Source of the DNA: Curvularia clavata
Lineage: Eukaryota
Direction of reading: 5' to 3'
NCBI GenBank assembly: GCA_023920165.1
Contig: CP089277.1
Coordinates: 3,410,001 to 3,474,000, forward strand
DNA length: 64,000 nt
Of the stretch, positions 1 through 12,016 are shown in pieces. Under the pieces are notes generated by a model, which was not told the origin of the DNA, ran no database searches, and saw nothing but the letters and a program-made list of their open reading frames with translations. The stretch's first letter is position 1; each line of letters begins with the position of its first letter. The translations under genes and the position numbers were made by a program.

Positions 1-4
1 GCAT
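1..4 (-). other. Possible start codon of a divergent gene running off the left edge
   Basis: The minus strand reads ATCGCCAACATG, a strong fungal start context, preceded by pyrimidine-rich leader-like sequence. Confidence 0.35.
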
Positions 5-635
5 GTTGGCGATTTAGAAGGAGTGGCGTGGGTGAAAGAATCGGTGAGGACCGTTCTATCGGTCGTCGCTCGCGGTGGCCTCGGCGGGCCTTTGCCTCCG
101 CGTATTAACTAGTAAATGGGGCTGCCGTTGTAGCTGTGTCGACTGATATCGCCGGCCAGATGTATTAGATGCGCGCTGCGCGCAAAGGGCTTTGTTGACT
201 AGGCAGGGCGCCCAGGCAAAAGGGCTGCACGGGGTTCGGGGGCTCGCCGAGTCGCGCGTCGAGACGGGAGGCGTGCGCGCGTATTAGAAGCGCTCCGGAG
301 AGCACTACCGGGATCGGCGAGGTGGAAGACGCGCTCTGAGAATGCAGAACGGCCGGTGGTGATGGCGGGGGGTGGGTGGTGGTGAGGGAGTCGTGCTGAG
401 GGAGCGAGACCATGGTCAAAGCCAGAAGGCGACAACGAGGTCTTGGCGGACCCGGCACTAGTGCAAATGCGGCGCCTTATACCCACTTCACCCGTGCTGC
501 GCGCCGCGGTCGGTCACTTTGCCAGCTGGGACGCGCCTTTCACTCTGCGCGCATGGACAACGGCTTTTGCATCGACGAAGATGCTGCCCACTGAGCACCT
601 CATCCAGCACGCCACACTCACTGCAGTGCACCAAA

Positions 636-2299
636 ATGAATCTGTCGCTGGTTGATCCCTTTGTCCTTGCGCAGGACTGTCCTGATGTTATCACCGGCCG
701 CCTTCGTGAGTCTTGATCCATTCACCAGGCCGTGGGCCCGCCGTGCAAATTACTCACCACCGCACAGGCAGCGGTCACTCGACCTCAATTCGCTTTAGCC
801 ACCGCGGCGACCTGCTTGCCTCTGGACGTGTATGTTTGTGTTTCACGTGTGCGCATGGGTTTCGCTGATTTTGTTGCAGCACGACGGCATAGTAGTCATA
901 TTCGACATTGAGACAAACGGCGTCGCGCGTAAGCTTCGAGGCCACACGCGCCAAGTGCAGTCACTCAGCTGGTCAACCAACGATCGCTATCTTCTCAGCG
1001 CCGGGCAGGACTGGAAGTGCGTGCTATGGGATTTGAAGGATGGCTCGCGTGTGCGCACCGTCCGCTTCGAGGCAGCCATCTTCATAGCAGAGTTGCACCC
1101 AAAGAACCAGTATGCGCGCATGCCATTCTTGATTGTGCCTACAGCTGATTGTATCTAGTATGCTCTTTGTGGCTGCGCTCTTCGAAGACCAACCCGTCAT
1201 TGTGGACATGTCTGGCGACATTCCCGTTAAACACCTGCTATCGTCTGCGCCGCACCGAACGGACATTGAACGAGAGAATGCCACGGAGAAGCAAACAGCA
1301 CAGGATGCAAAGCAGACGACAACCATGACACTTTTCACGCCTACGGGGGAGCACATCATATCCGGGACGAACAAAGGGTGGCTCAACATTATTGAGACAA
1401 AGACACGCCAAGTGCGCTATTCATTCCGGGTCACCAACAACATTATTGTATACATCCGCTTGACGCCGTCTGGTCGAGACGTGGTGGTCAACTCGAGCGA
1501 CCGCATTGTCAGGACACTACATCTGCCGGATCTGAGCGACCCCAAGCTGGATTTTGACACACTGCAGCTAGAGGTTGAACACAAGTTCCAGGACTTGGTG
1601 CAAAGACTGTCATGGAACCATGTTTCCTTCAGCCCTACGGGCGAGTATGTTACTGCGTCGACTTGGATGAACCACCACATTTACGTGTGGGAACGTGGGC
1701 AGGGTAGTTTGGTCAAGATTCTTGAGGGCACCAAAGAAGAGTTGTCCGTTGTGGAGGTGAGTTTGATTGGACATGGTATTGGGAGCTGTCAAAGCTGACT
1801 GTTGTAGTGGCATCCATTCCGGCCTTTTGTTGCGGCGGTCGGCGTAGACTCGGGTCGTGTGTGGCTCTGGTCTATTCTACAGCCGCAGCGGTGGTCTGCG
1901 CTCGCGCCCGACTTCCTTGAGGTGGAAGAAAACGTCGAGTACATTGAGCGCGAGGACGAGTTTGACATTCAGCCCCTAGAGGAGCTGCACAAGCGGCGGC
2001 TGGACCAAGAGGACGAAGAGGTGGATGTCCTAACAGTGGACCCAGTCAAGAGCGGAGCCAACGACTTTGGGCCAGCCATGGGCGAGGCCGAATTCAGCAT
2101 GCCAATTCTGTTGGACATTGAGGCCAGCGATAGCGAGGACGAAGTGGTGGCGGTTGGAGCCGGTCAGTTCAGACGGCGGACTCCAGGAGCAGCAAGGGAA
2201 TGGATGAATGAGGACGAGGTGGCAGTGAGTGGTGACGAAGCACGGAGAATGAATGGGAGCGCAGCACAAAACGGCAACAAGAGACGGCGTGCGGGCTGA
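636..2299 (+). CDS. SWD1: COMPASS/Set1 complex WD40 subunit Swd1 (RBBP5 orthologue); 5 exons
   Basis: Starts MNLSLVDPFVLAQDCP and has WD40 repeats and the WSALAPDFLEVEENVEYIEREDEFD motif. Introns 706-767, 830-879, 1110-1158 and 1757-1807 join the ORF-track pieces in frame. Confidence 0.95.
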
Positions 2300-3752
2300 A
2301 GAAAGAGCCAAAGGGTTGATGGGCCCTAGTGTAGCCATGTCTTGTTTATAGATGGAAGGGATCCGCATGTAGAAGGGACAAAGGGCTGCAGTAAGGACAG
2401 TGCCCGAAAAAAGCATCATGGCAGGTCACAGCACTCCGACATGGCTGATGGAAGGGTGCAGTGCTGCGTTTGCTGGTGTTGAGCTTGTTGTTAGTGTAAT
2501 TTACACGTCGTGAGCTTGAGAAATGACATTGTGCCTGGTGGTCGTGCCTGCTCTCGCTGCGGGCGCGCCTTCCTCAGGGAACGGGCAGTATGCAGCAAGT
2601 AGCAGTTGCATGGCTTCTCTCACACCCACCTGTTTCGTCATCTTGTGCTGATCACGAGCGGCATCACCAATTCCCAGCAGGCTGCCCCGATGCACGGTGA
2701 TGGCAGTGTACAGGGGCGTTAAATCCGAGCCTCCATCGGCGTCTTCTCGTGACGGCAGTTAACGTCATCGGGGAGTTTTGGGGGGGAGACGCAGAAGGGG
2801 CCTCAGCCGGGCCAGCCGTGGTGCGAAGGAAATTGCGCGTTGCTTCCATGGGACGAGGGGAGCAGAGGAGCAGGGGAGAGGTCAACACCAACGAGTGGAG
2901 GGCTGTCGGCCCTATGGAGACGAGAGCAAACGTATATCGAGGGACATGCGCAGGTCCAGACTGAGTTTTAGAGCTTGGCAGCAGCAGCACCCTTGGTGCA
3001 GCAAAAAAAAAGGATGTGGTCAGGATGGGGTGGATAGGCCGAGGAGCCAGCGGCCGTGGGCGAGCTGACAGTCGTCGGAGGCAGTCGTCGAGCAGCGTCG
3101 CGGAGTGGTCAGTTGTGGCACCAACACCAAAGACTGGGGGGCAAAGGGGCCACGGAGCACAACATAGCAGCGCATCATGACACGCAGAGCAGCCCAGTGC
3201 AGGGCAGAGGAGGGCAGGGCAGAAGCAGGCAGAAGACAGGCCGGTGGAGACGGGCGTTGCAGGCAGGGCGAGATGCAACGATGGGCTTGAGTGTCTCGGA
3301 TGGAGGATGCGCGATGCCTCCCTACCGCCCGCCGCTCAGGAACTGGAACGCGCAATTTAGCTCGCCATGCTACAAACCAAGGCCGCACACGGACCTCGCC
3401 CGGCGACAGGCCGACTCGAGCAGCGAGCAGCGCTGTGCATGCCCTTTGCAAACGAAGCGCCCGCGCAAATGCTGATGCCGTAGTAGAGACTGCACTCGAC
3501 ATGCATTCACAAGATGCCATGTGGCGAGGGCAGCGGTGGGCGCGTCACGTGCCCGCCGGGGGCCAAGGGGGCCGTGTGCTCTCACCTCTTGCTAGAGCGC
3601 CGACAGAGACAGAACGTTTTAGCGATTCCGCCCAATATGATCTGGCAAGCCAACCACCCCAGCTTGGCCCAAGCCGAAGCCTTTCTTTGCCTGGCCGGCA
3701 ACCCTCAACCCTCATCATCGCCCACCCTCCCTCTCCATCCTCCACTCCATCC

Positions 3753-3883
3753 GCTCCCACCCTCTTTGCTCCCACCCTCTTTGCTCCCACCCTCTTTGCT
3801 CCCACCCTCTTTGCTCCCACCCTCTTTGCTCCCACCCTCTTTGCTCCCACCCTCTTTGCTCCCACCCTCTTTGCTCCCACCCT
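3753..3883. repeat. Perfect 15-bp tandem repeat (GCTCCCACCCTCTTT) x8 plus an 11-nt partial copy
   Basis: Read directly from the sequence. It appears as APTLF/VGAKR/SKEGG repeats in the spurious ORFs. Confidence 0.98.
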
Positions 3884-4069
3884 GCCCTTCTGCTCCACGA
3901 TACATCACCACCTCGCCCTCTTCTGCACCAGTACGCTGACACCGCGAGCCGCCCTCGTCTGCCTCTCACCGCTGCACCGGCCCTCAACACCAACACCAAC
4001 ACCCACCCTGTCGCTCTCGCCAGCCTCCGCCATCCAGCCTCATCGTCGCCGCGTCGTCTGCACGCGAAC

Positions 4070-4807
4070 ATGACCACGAAACCGACAAAGTCCCTCGTCG
4101 TCACCCTCAAGTTGCCAGCAGACTCCCTCACCAAGTTCGCGCGCCAGCCCACCCCAACCCCTAGCGACGAACCAAAGCCCTCTCCATCAACTCCCACGCC
4201 GCAAATCGTCGAGCCCACCCCTGCCGACGACGACACGCCTGCCGAAGACGCTGCCACCATGAACGACGCCAGCACCCCATCGTCGCTCGCCCCTCCCTCG
4301 GCCAAGAGGAAGGGGCCAAAGCCTGGCAGCAAGCGCACCGCTGCCCAGATGGAGGCAGGCTCCAATGCCGGAACCCCCAAGCAACCCAAGGCCAAGCCCG
4401 GCCCCAAGAGGAAGAAGATGGGCGATATGATCAATGACCCCAACTTCAAGACATCCTTTGCCGCCCCGGCAGCCATCAACAAGGCAGGCCCAAAGGCAAA
4501 TCTCGGAGCCATCAACGAACGTCTCCGAGCCCTGGACCGCTCAGGCGCAAAGTGCCGTCGATGGGAGAAGAAGGGCTTCCAGGTCCGCAGCTTCACCGGC
4601 GTCCTCTGGCAAGTGCCTACATATCAGCCTGGCCGAGCTGCCGCCTTTCCCGACGACGTCAAGAGCGATAGCACTGGCACTAGCGACTCAAAGCTAAAAG
4701 ACGAGAGCAGTGCTGTCAGCGACAAGAGCGGCCTCAACGGCGACAGCACATCAGTGCAAACGCCCATGAACGGCATGGCCAGCTCGCCGGCGCCGATTCC
4801 TGCTTGA
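4070..4807 (+). CDS. IES4: INO80 chromatin-remodelling complex subunit Ies4-like
   Basis: Single 245-aa ORF with an N-terminal LVVTLKL and the GPKANLGAINERLRALDRSGAKCRRW..FTGVLW motif typical of fungal Ies4. Confidence 0.85.
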   Translation: MTTKPTKSLVVTLKLPADSLTKFARQPTPTPSDEPKPSPSTPTPQIVEPTPADDDTPAEDAATMNDASTPSSLAPPSAKRKGPKPGSKRTAAQMEAGSNAGTPKQPKAKPGPKRKKMGDMINDPNFKTSFAAPAAINKAGPKANLGAINERLRALDRSGAKCRRWEKKGFQVRSFTGVLWQVPTYQPGRAAAFPDDVKSDSTGTSDSKLKDESSAVSDKSGLNGDSTSVQTPMNGMASSPAPIPA

Positions 4808-5836
4808 GCGCTGTCCCTTTTTTCTTTTGTCCAATGCACGATGCATCCTGTCCCATTTGTACTTCTGCATCGTTCACGACTCTTCAACCTTGTTTTCTTA
4901 TCATCTTGTTTCCCTATTTTGGTGTGTTTTCCTTTTGTATCATCTCATCATGTTGGGCGTTCATGGATGGCATCGAATGCCCGTCTAAAAGGCGTTGTTT
5001 TTTTCTAGGGGTCATCTATGGCTTGACTAAAGCAGAGGAAGACATGGCGCATGAGCAGGAGATTCGGACTGCAACTACATGTATACTGGATAGAGGCGCG
5101 AACAAACAGTAGCGAAGGAGACATTGCTTGGCCTAGCACAACAGGGCTTTCCAACTGGAATACTATTGTCTATTACCCACCTGACCAGCCCCTGATTCTT
5201 TTGGTACTGACTTGGTGGTGACCTTGCATCGAGCGCCCCCTGTCTATACTTGAGACATAGGTTTGTCAGACAAATCACATAGCACTGATTCAAGCAAGCT
5301 CTCTCTCTCTACCAAAAAAATATTTTGGGTAGCAAAGAAAAAAATAAAGAAAAATGGGTCGTCGGGTGAATGACTAGCAATGCCCTGGCGAGCGTGACCG
5401 CGCAGATGGCGTTATCTACCCGTCGACTGCGGGGATCGTCACCGATAGCTTCGGCTGGATCTAAACCTCCGGCTGCGACCATCATTGTCCCTCGACTCAA
5501 ACTGCACACTCGCCCAAGCGCTCCCTGCCTGTAGCCACCTGTATCGTTGCATGGAGCCATGAATGCATTTGTGATTGTAGTTCCACACGAGCCTGTGTGT
5601 CGTTGATTCTTGACTTTACCGTCTGGCAACTGCTCTTGCCAGCACAGTACCTCCGCACCTACTCGCCGCCCTTCATCACGCGTCTTGATTGTCTCTGCTC
5701 CCTATAAAGCTCTGCAGCGATTCCCGCCACCTGCCCGGTCCTTCCGCTCCGCGAATACGCCGTGTTGTCCCCTTGCGATCGCTTCTATACGTCACCGCGA
5801 ACACGTTCGCAGCTGCAAACGCACGTCACCACCGCC

Positions 5837-8048
5837 ATGATGAACGCCCGTAGGGAGAGCTGGGCTAGAGTCGCCGCTGGATCAGCTGGCAGCAGCGGCA
5901 GTTCATTCCACCAACCTTCCCGATCCACTCCTTTCTCTCACCTCGGTAACAATAACTTGGCAACGAATCCGAATCGCCTCTCTCGCTCCATCGACGCCGA
6001 CGGCCACATGTCTACAAGTCTGGGAAGGGGCGGCGGACCGCTGCCTTCCTACTCGAGCCAGTCTGGGTATTGGAACGCCATGGGAGCGCCGGCTCAAGAT
6101 GTTCCTCCGTTCTTCGTGCCGTCGTACCTGCGGGGATCCAAGCACGCCGAGAAACTGGAGGAGGCACACAAGGCGAAGCTGGCGGCGCACCGGGACCACA
6201 AGTCAACTCATTCGTCCAATGCGGGGTCACTCTCGACGAGCTCGAGTAGCGTCAATCTTCACAAGATGGCCCATTCACACCGCGGCCTTACCCACGAGGT
6301 CATTGAGCGTGCGCCCGTGCTTGTAGACGAGCCGGTAGCGCCATGGCCAACAAGATGGAATGACGGCGACCGCTTCAGCCAACTGGAACTCGAAGATGGC
6401 GGGAGAATGGCAAAGTTCTCGGGCACGCAGAAGACTCACGATGAAGCCGCGGCGGTCCGGGCAGACTTCCCTATGCCGAGACAGTGCGGAATCTATTACT
6501 ACGAAATCACAATCATTTCTAAAGGCAAAGACGGGTATGCTGACCCGAAACCTAGGAACACGCATGCTGATCTCTAATCTGCTTTGTAGGAGAATGATTG
6601 GAATAGGCTTCTCAGGCCCCAAAGTCGCTCTGAGCAGAATACCAGGTTGGGAGCCGGACTCGTACGCCTACCATGGCGACGATGGGCAGATTTTCAGCAA
6701 CACCACGTCTGGCAAGAATTATGGGCCAAAGTTTGGCACGTTGGACGTTATCGGGTGTGGTATCAACTTTCGGACAAATACCGCCTTCTTTACCAAGAAT
6801 GGACACATGCTGGGTAAGCATGGACTTTGTGTAGTCAAGGACACCACTGACAGTTTCAGGTGTTGCTTTCAGGGATTTGAAACCCAACATGCCATACTAT
6901 CCCACTGTGGGCATGAAGAAGCCTGGTGAGACAGTGCGTGTGAACTTTGGCCAGGAACCTTTTGCATTCGATATCGACAAGATGGTCCAAGATGAGAAGG
7001 CTGCCATACAAGCAGAGATTGTCCGAACAAAGGTAGAATCAAATGCTGCACACGAAGACGCCCTAATACATCAACTAGTCGGGCAATACCTAGCCCACGA
7101 CGGCTACGTTGAAACTGCACGGGCTTTCTCAGACGAGATTCTGGCTGAGGCGAAAGCGCTTGCGAATGACGAAAATGCAGATCTTCCATATCGGGCAGCC
7201 GTAGAAGACCTGGATGCGCTGAATCGGCAAAGTAAGCCCACCAATCTGTTTCCAGTTCAGTAGCATGCTAACGAAATCTAGAAATCCGCACTGCCATCCT
7301 CGAGGGCGACATTGACAAGGCACTTAAGCACACTTACGCATATTACCCCTCTGTTCTCCGCGAAAATGAGAACATCTACTTTAAACTTCGCTGTCGCAAG
7401 TTTATTGAGATGATTCGACGATGCGGCGAGCTCAATGCCCAGTGCCAGGGCCAGTCAACAGCAAAGCGCTCAGCCAATTCAGTACAAAATAAGCGCAATT
7501 CAACAGGCACCGAGGAGTATGACTTTGAGATGGAGCTGGACGAGCAGTTGGGCGTACACAACCCACCGCCCAGTTGGGATGACGATCAAGATGATATGGA
7601 AGATCGAGAAGCCAAGAGTGCGCGGGCAACAGACGAGACAATAGCATATGGCATGGAGCTCAAGGCCGAGTTCGCCAACGATCCGAGACGGGAAGTCAAG
7701 AAGGCACTCGAAGACACGTTTGCTTTGATTGCTTACCCAGACGCGCGTGAGAGCATGCTAGCGCCCTTACTGGAGGTTTCTGGCCGAGGGCCAGTAGCCG
7801 AGGAGCTCAACAGCGCGATATTAGGTACGTTTGACTTCCAAGTGGTCTGCATGGATGGGAACCTTCAAGCAGACTTTCAGATTTTTGTATACCCCACACC
7901 ACACTAACGCATTCCAGTCTCTCTAGGCAAATCCTCCTCCGCCGCCCTAGAACGCCTCGTCCAGCAGGCCGAAGCTCTCGTCACAGAGCTAGCAGACGAC
8001 GGCGGCCCGGGTGCTTTCATCAATGTCCGGAAAGACTTTCTGCAATAG
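5837..8048 (+). CDS. SPRY-LisH-CTLH-CRA protein (RanBP9/10, Gid1/Vid30-like subunit of the CTLH/GID E3 ligase); 5 exons
   Basis: SPRY (GIYYYEIT, PGWEPDSYAYHGDDG, DVIGCGINF), LisH (LVGQYLAHDGYVETARAF), CTLH (IRTAILEGDIDKAL) and CRA (FALIAYPD, VAEELNSAIL). Introns 6535-6589, 6814-6859, 7232-7281, 7825-7917. Confidence 0.92.
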
Positions 8049-8653
8049 TCCTCTATTAGCCCCAGTATGGCTATGAACCCAGTTTCTTTTTTAACCCGAC
8101 AAAAAAGATCGTGCAAGAAAAGACTGGGGGTTTAACTTACGCAAAAGGGGTTCCGCATGACTACGCAACTTCCGTCTCATGGACTGTGTTCGATTGGAAG
8201 GGTGGGAAGTGGTTGGAGGGGTTTTTCTTCCTTGTTTGTGTTATTGGCATCTGCATAGGGCTGGGGAGGGGAATGGCGTCTTAGGCGGGAATATCTGTAT
8301 GCTATGTATGTATGCATGGGTGGTTGAATCTGGTTCCATGTGGGTTAATGCAATCACCAATCATAACATTTTGCCAATACACATTGCCAGAAGATTGAGT
8401 GTGGCTGGTTTTTACTTTTCGAGAGTAGCTGTAGTTGTTGCAGTTATTCATTATCTACTATTTGGGATCAAAAGTTGGGTTTTGGATCTGGGACAAATTC
8501 AGGAGGTTGAATCTACTTGATGACCAGCCAAACAAAAGCTAGATAGTTACCCATGCCAAAGATTTTTTGTCAACCATGAAGTAAATCTCTTGGCTTGGTT
8601 TCCCCATGATGGCACAAAACACATCTATACACATGTACAAGGAACCTCACCTC

Positions 8654-10612
8654 TCACAACGGCCACCACCACCGCTTCTTCTTCTTCTCGCCCTCCCCAC
8701 TATCTCCCTTGCCCGCAGTCTTCCCCTTCCCATCTCCCAGCTTATCAAAAAACACCACCATAATCGTCGTATCATCCACCGCATTCCGACTCAATGGCTC
8801 GGGTCCCGCCAGTATCCCCAGAAACAAGCTGCGGCGCGTACCTCCCATGGCATTTCGCGCGAGACAAACAGCTGCGTTCTCGTCTTCAATGGCGAAGAAC
8901 TCAGGTGTCGCTTTCCAGTCTACTGTTTGATCTTGCTCCGGGTCGCATGTAACACCTGGTTCGAGGGCCGCGCTACCTCCAGTGCTAGAGGAAGGGAAAG
9001 TAGGTGGAAGGAAAGGGTTTCTCTGCGCGGTAGCGAGGGAAGAGACGGAGGAAAAGTCTGGTGGGTTGGATTTTAAATGTGGATCAGCGAGGACGGAACC
9101 CTTGCCGCGAGACCGCGCTTCGAGGTACCGTTGTACGCATTCTACAGCGTGGGCCGACGAGATTCTGTCCCAGAGGCCGTCGGAGGCGAGGATCAGGAAG
9201 TCGGATTTTCCAGCTGAGCTATCTGATGAGGACTTCCCAGAATAGTCTTCTGGGTCGCACCGCACAACTTGCGTCTCCGTGACTTCCGGCTCCGCAGTCA
9301 TATACGGCGGCGTTTTCGAGCCTGCACGGGGCGCAGTACTCCAGAACTTGTGTTGACATGCTTTTACGAGATCGTTGTCCCATTTCCAGCGGTGGTCGCC
9401 GAAAGCTCGGGTCACGGCTATGCCGAGGAGGCGGCCAGTCTTGGGGTCGATGATCGAGGGCTCGTCGGGGTGTTCTTGGGCCAGGCGCGCTACTTCGGAG
9501 GCGTTGAAGCCTGTTTGGTCTTCAGAGAGAGGAATAGCTGTGTACGAGGATGTGGATGGGTCCCAGCGGCCCAGCACGGCACGCGAGTCTCCGGTACAAG
9601 CTACACGTAGTGTAGACGTGGACGCATCAAACGCAGCCAGCAAAGCACAGGAGCCCGAGAATGCGGGGGTAAGCGCCGCAATGGCCGCTGCGTTCGCTGC
9701 GGGAAACCAGTTTGCAGCCGTTTTTGCACGATCCATGATGGACCTGTCAACAGCCAGGAACGCATTCTTAATCGTGTTGTCAATCTCTGGGCTTGACGCG
9801 CTGCGTGGCAGAGCTCCCAGTGCTGATGATACCATAGGAATCAAACACCACTGCAAGTAAAACGCAGTGTGGCGTCCAGCATGCCCGTCTAGCACCGTCC
9901 AGTAATTCCATAGTTTCTCTCCAGGACCAGGACTCGTTCCTAACGCAAAGAAGTCCTCACACGGCTCGTTACTCCGGAACCTGCAGCCGTGCGTAATGGG
10001 CATTTGGACGTCTTCCATGCCCTCTACCCCCTTGCGTGCATCGTCCTCGGTCATCATCCATCCGAAACATAGCTTTTCAAACTGCTCTGAGAAGAACTTG
10101 GCGACGTTGGGGTCCTTGAGTGGTGCGCTTGGGTCCGGGATGTGGTAGTCGAGTGTGTGCTGCACTTCGTTGCGGTTGCGGTAGAAATGCAGTGGGGTCG
10201 TCAGCGTGCTAGCATCATCGCCAGAGGAGAAGGCTGCATATACGTCGTCTGTCCATGAGGGCTCCACAATGTCGATGAGGTAGTATGCCAGGCCGCCGAC
10301 GAGGATGAGAGCAATGACAGTCTTTGTGGGAAAGGCCGACTGTAAAAGGCTATTACCAGCAGGGCCGAGGATTCGTTGGCCATTTCCCCGGGCATTTGGG
10401 AATACATTTTGTGTTCTGAGGTGCTGCAGCCGCCCGTGAACTTGTTGTGTTTGTGAAAAGGCACGTGATGTTGCATTGGGGTGAACGCGTCCAAAATGCT
10501 GTCTTGGCCGAGATGTGCTGCCGCCCACGTTACGCGGAGATAACCGTCTCGCCAGTCGGGCTTGCGTTGCAGCGTTGAAGCAAACCGTCCTTCCCCATTG
10601 CCTTGGTATCAT
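8654..10612 (-). CDS. PP2C-family phosphatase, pyruvate dehydrogenase phosphatase (Ptc5)-like, probably mitochondrial
   Basis: 652-aa ORF with PP2C motifs SNEPCED, VLDGHAG, TGDSRAV, ASDGLWD and DDTT. Arg-rich, acid-free N-terminus followed by one hydrophobic helix. Confidence 0.9.
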   Translation of the reverse strand: MIPRQWGRTVCFNAATQARLARRLSPRNVGGSTSRPRQHFGRVHPNATSRAFSQTQQVHGRLQHLRTQNVFPNARGNGQRILGPAGNSLLQSAFPTKTVIALILVGGLAYYLIDIVEPSWTDDVYAAFSSGDDASTLTTPLHFYRNRNEVQHTLDYHIPDPSAPLKDPNVAKFFSEQFEKLCFGWMMTEDDARKGVEGMEDVQMPITHGCRFRSNEPCEDFFALGTSPGPGEKLWNYWTVLDGHAGRHTAFYLQWCLIPMVSSALGALPRSASSPEIDNTIKNAFLAVDRSIMDRAKTAANWFPAANAAAIAALTPAFSGSCALLAAFDASTSTLRVACTGDSRAVLGRWDPSTSSYTAIPLSEDQTGFNASEVARLAQEHPDEPSIIDPKTGRLLGIAVTRAFGDHRWKWDNDLVKACQHKFWSTAPRAGSKTPPYMTAEPEVTETQVVRCDPEDYSGKSSSDSSAGKSDFLILASDGLWDRISSAHAVECVQRYLEARSRGKGSVLADPHLKSNPPDFSSVSSLATAQRNPFLPPTFPSSSTGGSAALEPGVTCDPEQDQTVDWKATPEFFAIEDENAAVCLARNAMGGTRRSLFLGILAGPEPLSRNAVDDTTIMVVFFDKLGDGKGKTAGKGDSGEGEKKKKRWWWPL

Positions 10613-11242
10613 GCTGGCTGTTTTGATGAATCAAGGATTTCGAGCGAACTCGATGCTGGAAACTTCCCTTGGTAAAGATCGATGTTGGTGGTCTGTGCGT
10701 CCAGGCCGATTGCCTTCTCACGTGCAGCGGGCGGGTAACGCCTAGTATGTGGTTCAGTGGGGCAGGCACAGAGTCAGCAAGAAAGATAGACTCAAACAGA
10801 GGCCCTGGTAGATGCTTAGAGTAACTCCCGTCATTACAGAATATAGCTGGCATCTTCTAATCGCACACAGGGACATACTTGGAGTGATCAATGTAGTTAG
10901 AAAGCATAGCATAATTGCATATTGATAGACTATGATAGAATATCTGTAAGGATTGGGTATCATAGTTACTGGATTGTGTAACTCAAGATAAAGGTATAGC
11001 CCCTCGAACTCCGTTCCCAAAATCAAAACGCGGACGGCGAGATAGCTTGCAAAAGACCGAAATGATTACCAGGTTAAAACACAAAGGCAACCTGTCCTTA
11101 CGAAACGAAAAAAGTGTTACGAGTATTCCCCCCCATAGTATGTTAAAGATGTACCAATCTGGTATCATGGTATGCATCCGTACAGAGTCTTCCCAACCCT
11201 GAATCTGACAACCGGCCGGCTGCGCTCAGTGAGCTAGACAGG

Positions 11243-12016
11243 TCACATCTCTGTCCAGTGTACATCCTCTATGCGATCAACTTCTTCGTATTCTCTTCTC
11301 TTCTTTTCCTTCTTCTTTACATTGGTGTTCTTCCGTCGAAGCATCAGCTTCATCTTCGACGCTAGCTTGCCAAAGGCCGCTGATGTGGGAGTGCTGGCGT
11401 TGTGCTCCCCTGGCTTTTCTGGATCCGGCTCAATATCTTCGCATTTTGGCGGATAATGCTGCTGAGATAAATCTGCTAATTTGAACTCCGTCGGCCGGCT
11501 AATATGCCTTGCCTCCTGGGTTGGGTGTGATGTGTGTGAGGATATCTCCTTGGCCACTACGGCAGGTACCTTGGGCTGAGGTACAACAGGGGTGGACTTT
11601 GGTTTTGGCTTGGGTGGTGCCTTTACTGGCAATGGCTGCAACATACGCCACACCGGCTCTGTAGGACTGGCAGGCTCGGAAGATGACGACGTAGGTCGGA
11701 CAAGGACCACTGAAGAGTTGTCCCACCCGCCACCTATTCTTGGAGAGTAGGCTGGCGTCGATGGTTCTGAATCAATAAAGGTGCCGAACGACTTGGCTGA
11801 CATTGGTGGCGGAGACATTGGTCCTGACATGTCTGGTGTCAATGGAGTGTGAGCGAGAGTTGGAGGAGGATAACTCTTCGCTGAAAAGCGATGTGGTCGT
11901 TCCAGCGATATGGAACGCGGCTGTTTGGGCATGCCGTGTGTGGACAGTGGCCTGTGAATGCTATTGCCCAATGAGGCCGAAGAAATGCCAGGAGACGGCA
12001 CCGAGAGGGTGGCCAT
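11243..12016 (-). CDS. Hypothetical Ser/Pro-rich disordered protein (257 aa)
   Basis: Uninterrupted ORF with ATG in a good context (GACATGG). Basic stretch and a DRIEDVHWTEM C-terminus. No recognisable domain. Confidence 0.7.
   Translation of the reverse strand: MATLSVPSPGISSASLGNSIHRPLSTHGMPKQPRSISLERPHRFSAKSYPPPTLAHTPLTPDMSGPMSPPPMSAKSFGTFIDSEPSTPAYSPRIGGGWDNSSVVLVRPTSSSSEPASPTEPVWRMLQPLPVKAPPKPKPKSTPVVPQPKVPAVVAKEISSHTSHPTQEARHISRPTEFKLADLSQQHYPPKCEDIEPDPEKPGEHNASTPTSAAFGKLASKMKLMLRRKNTNVKKKEKKRREYEEVDRIEDVHWTEM

Noticed and set aside
3753..3883. CRISPR-like array
   Set aside because: The units are contiguous with no spacers, the context is eukaryotic and there are no cas genes.
3291..4596. 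ORFs with APTLF, VGAKR, GWEQR, SKEGG and PPSLL pentapeptide repeats
   Set aside because: They are translations of the stop-free 15-bp minisatellite in several frames and have no other coding signal.
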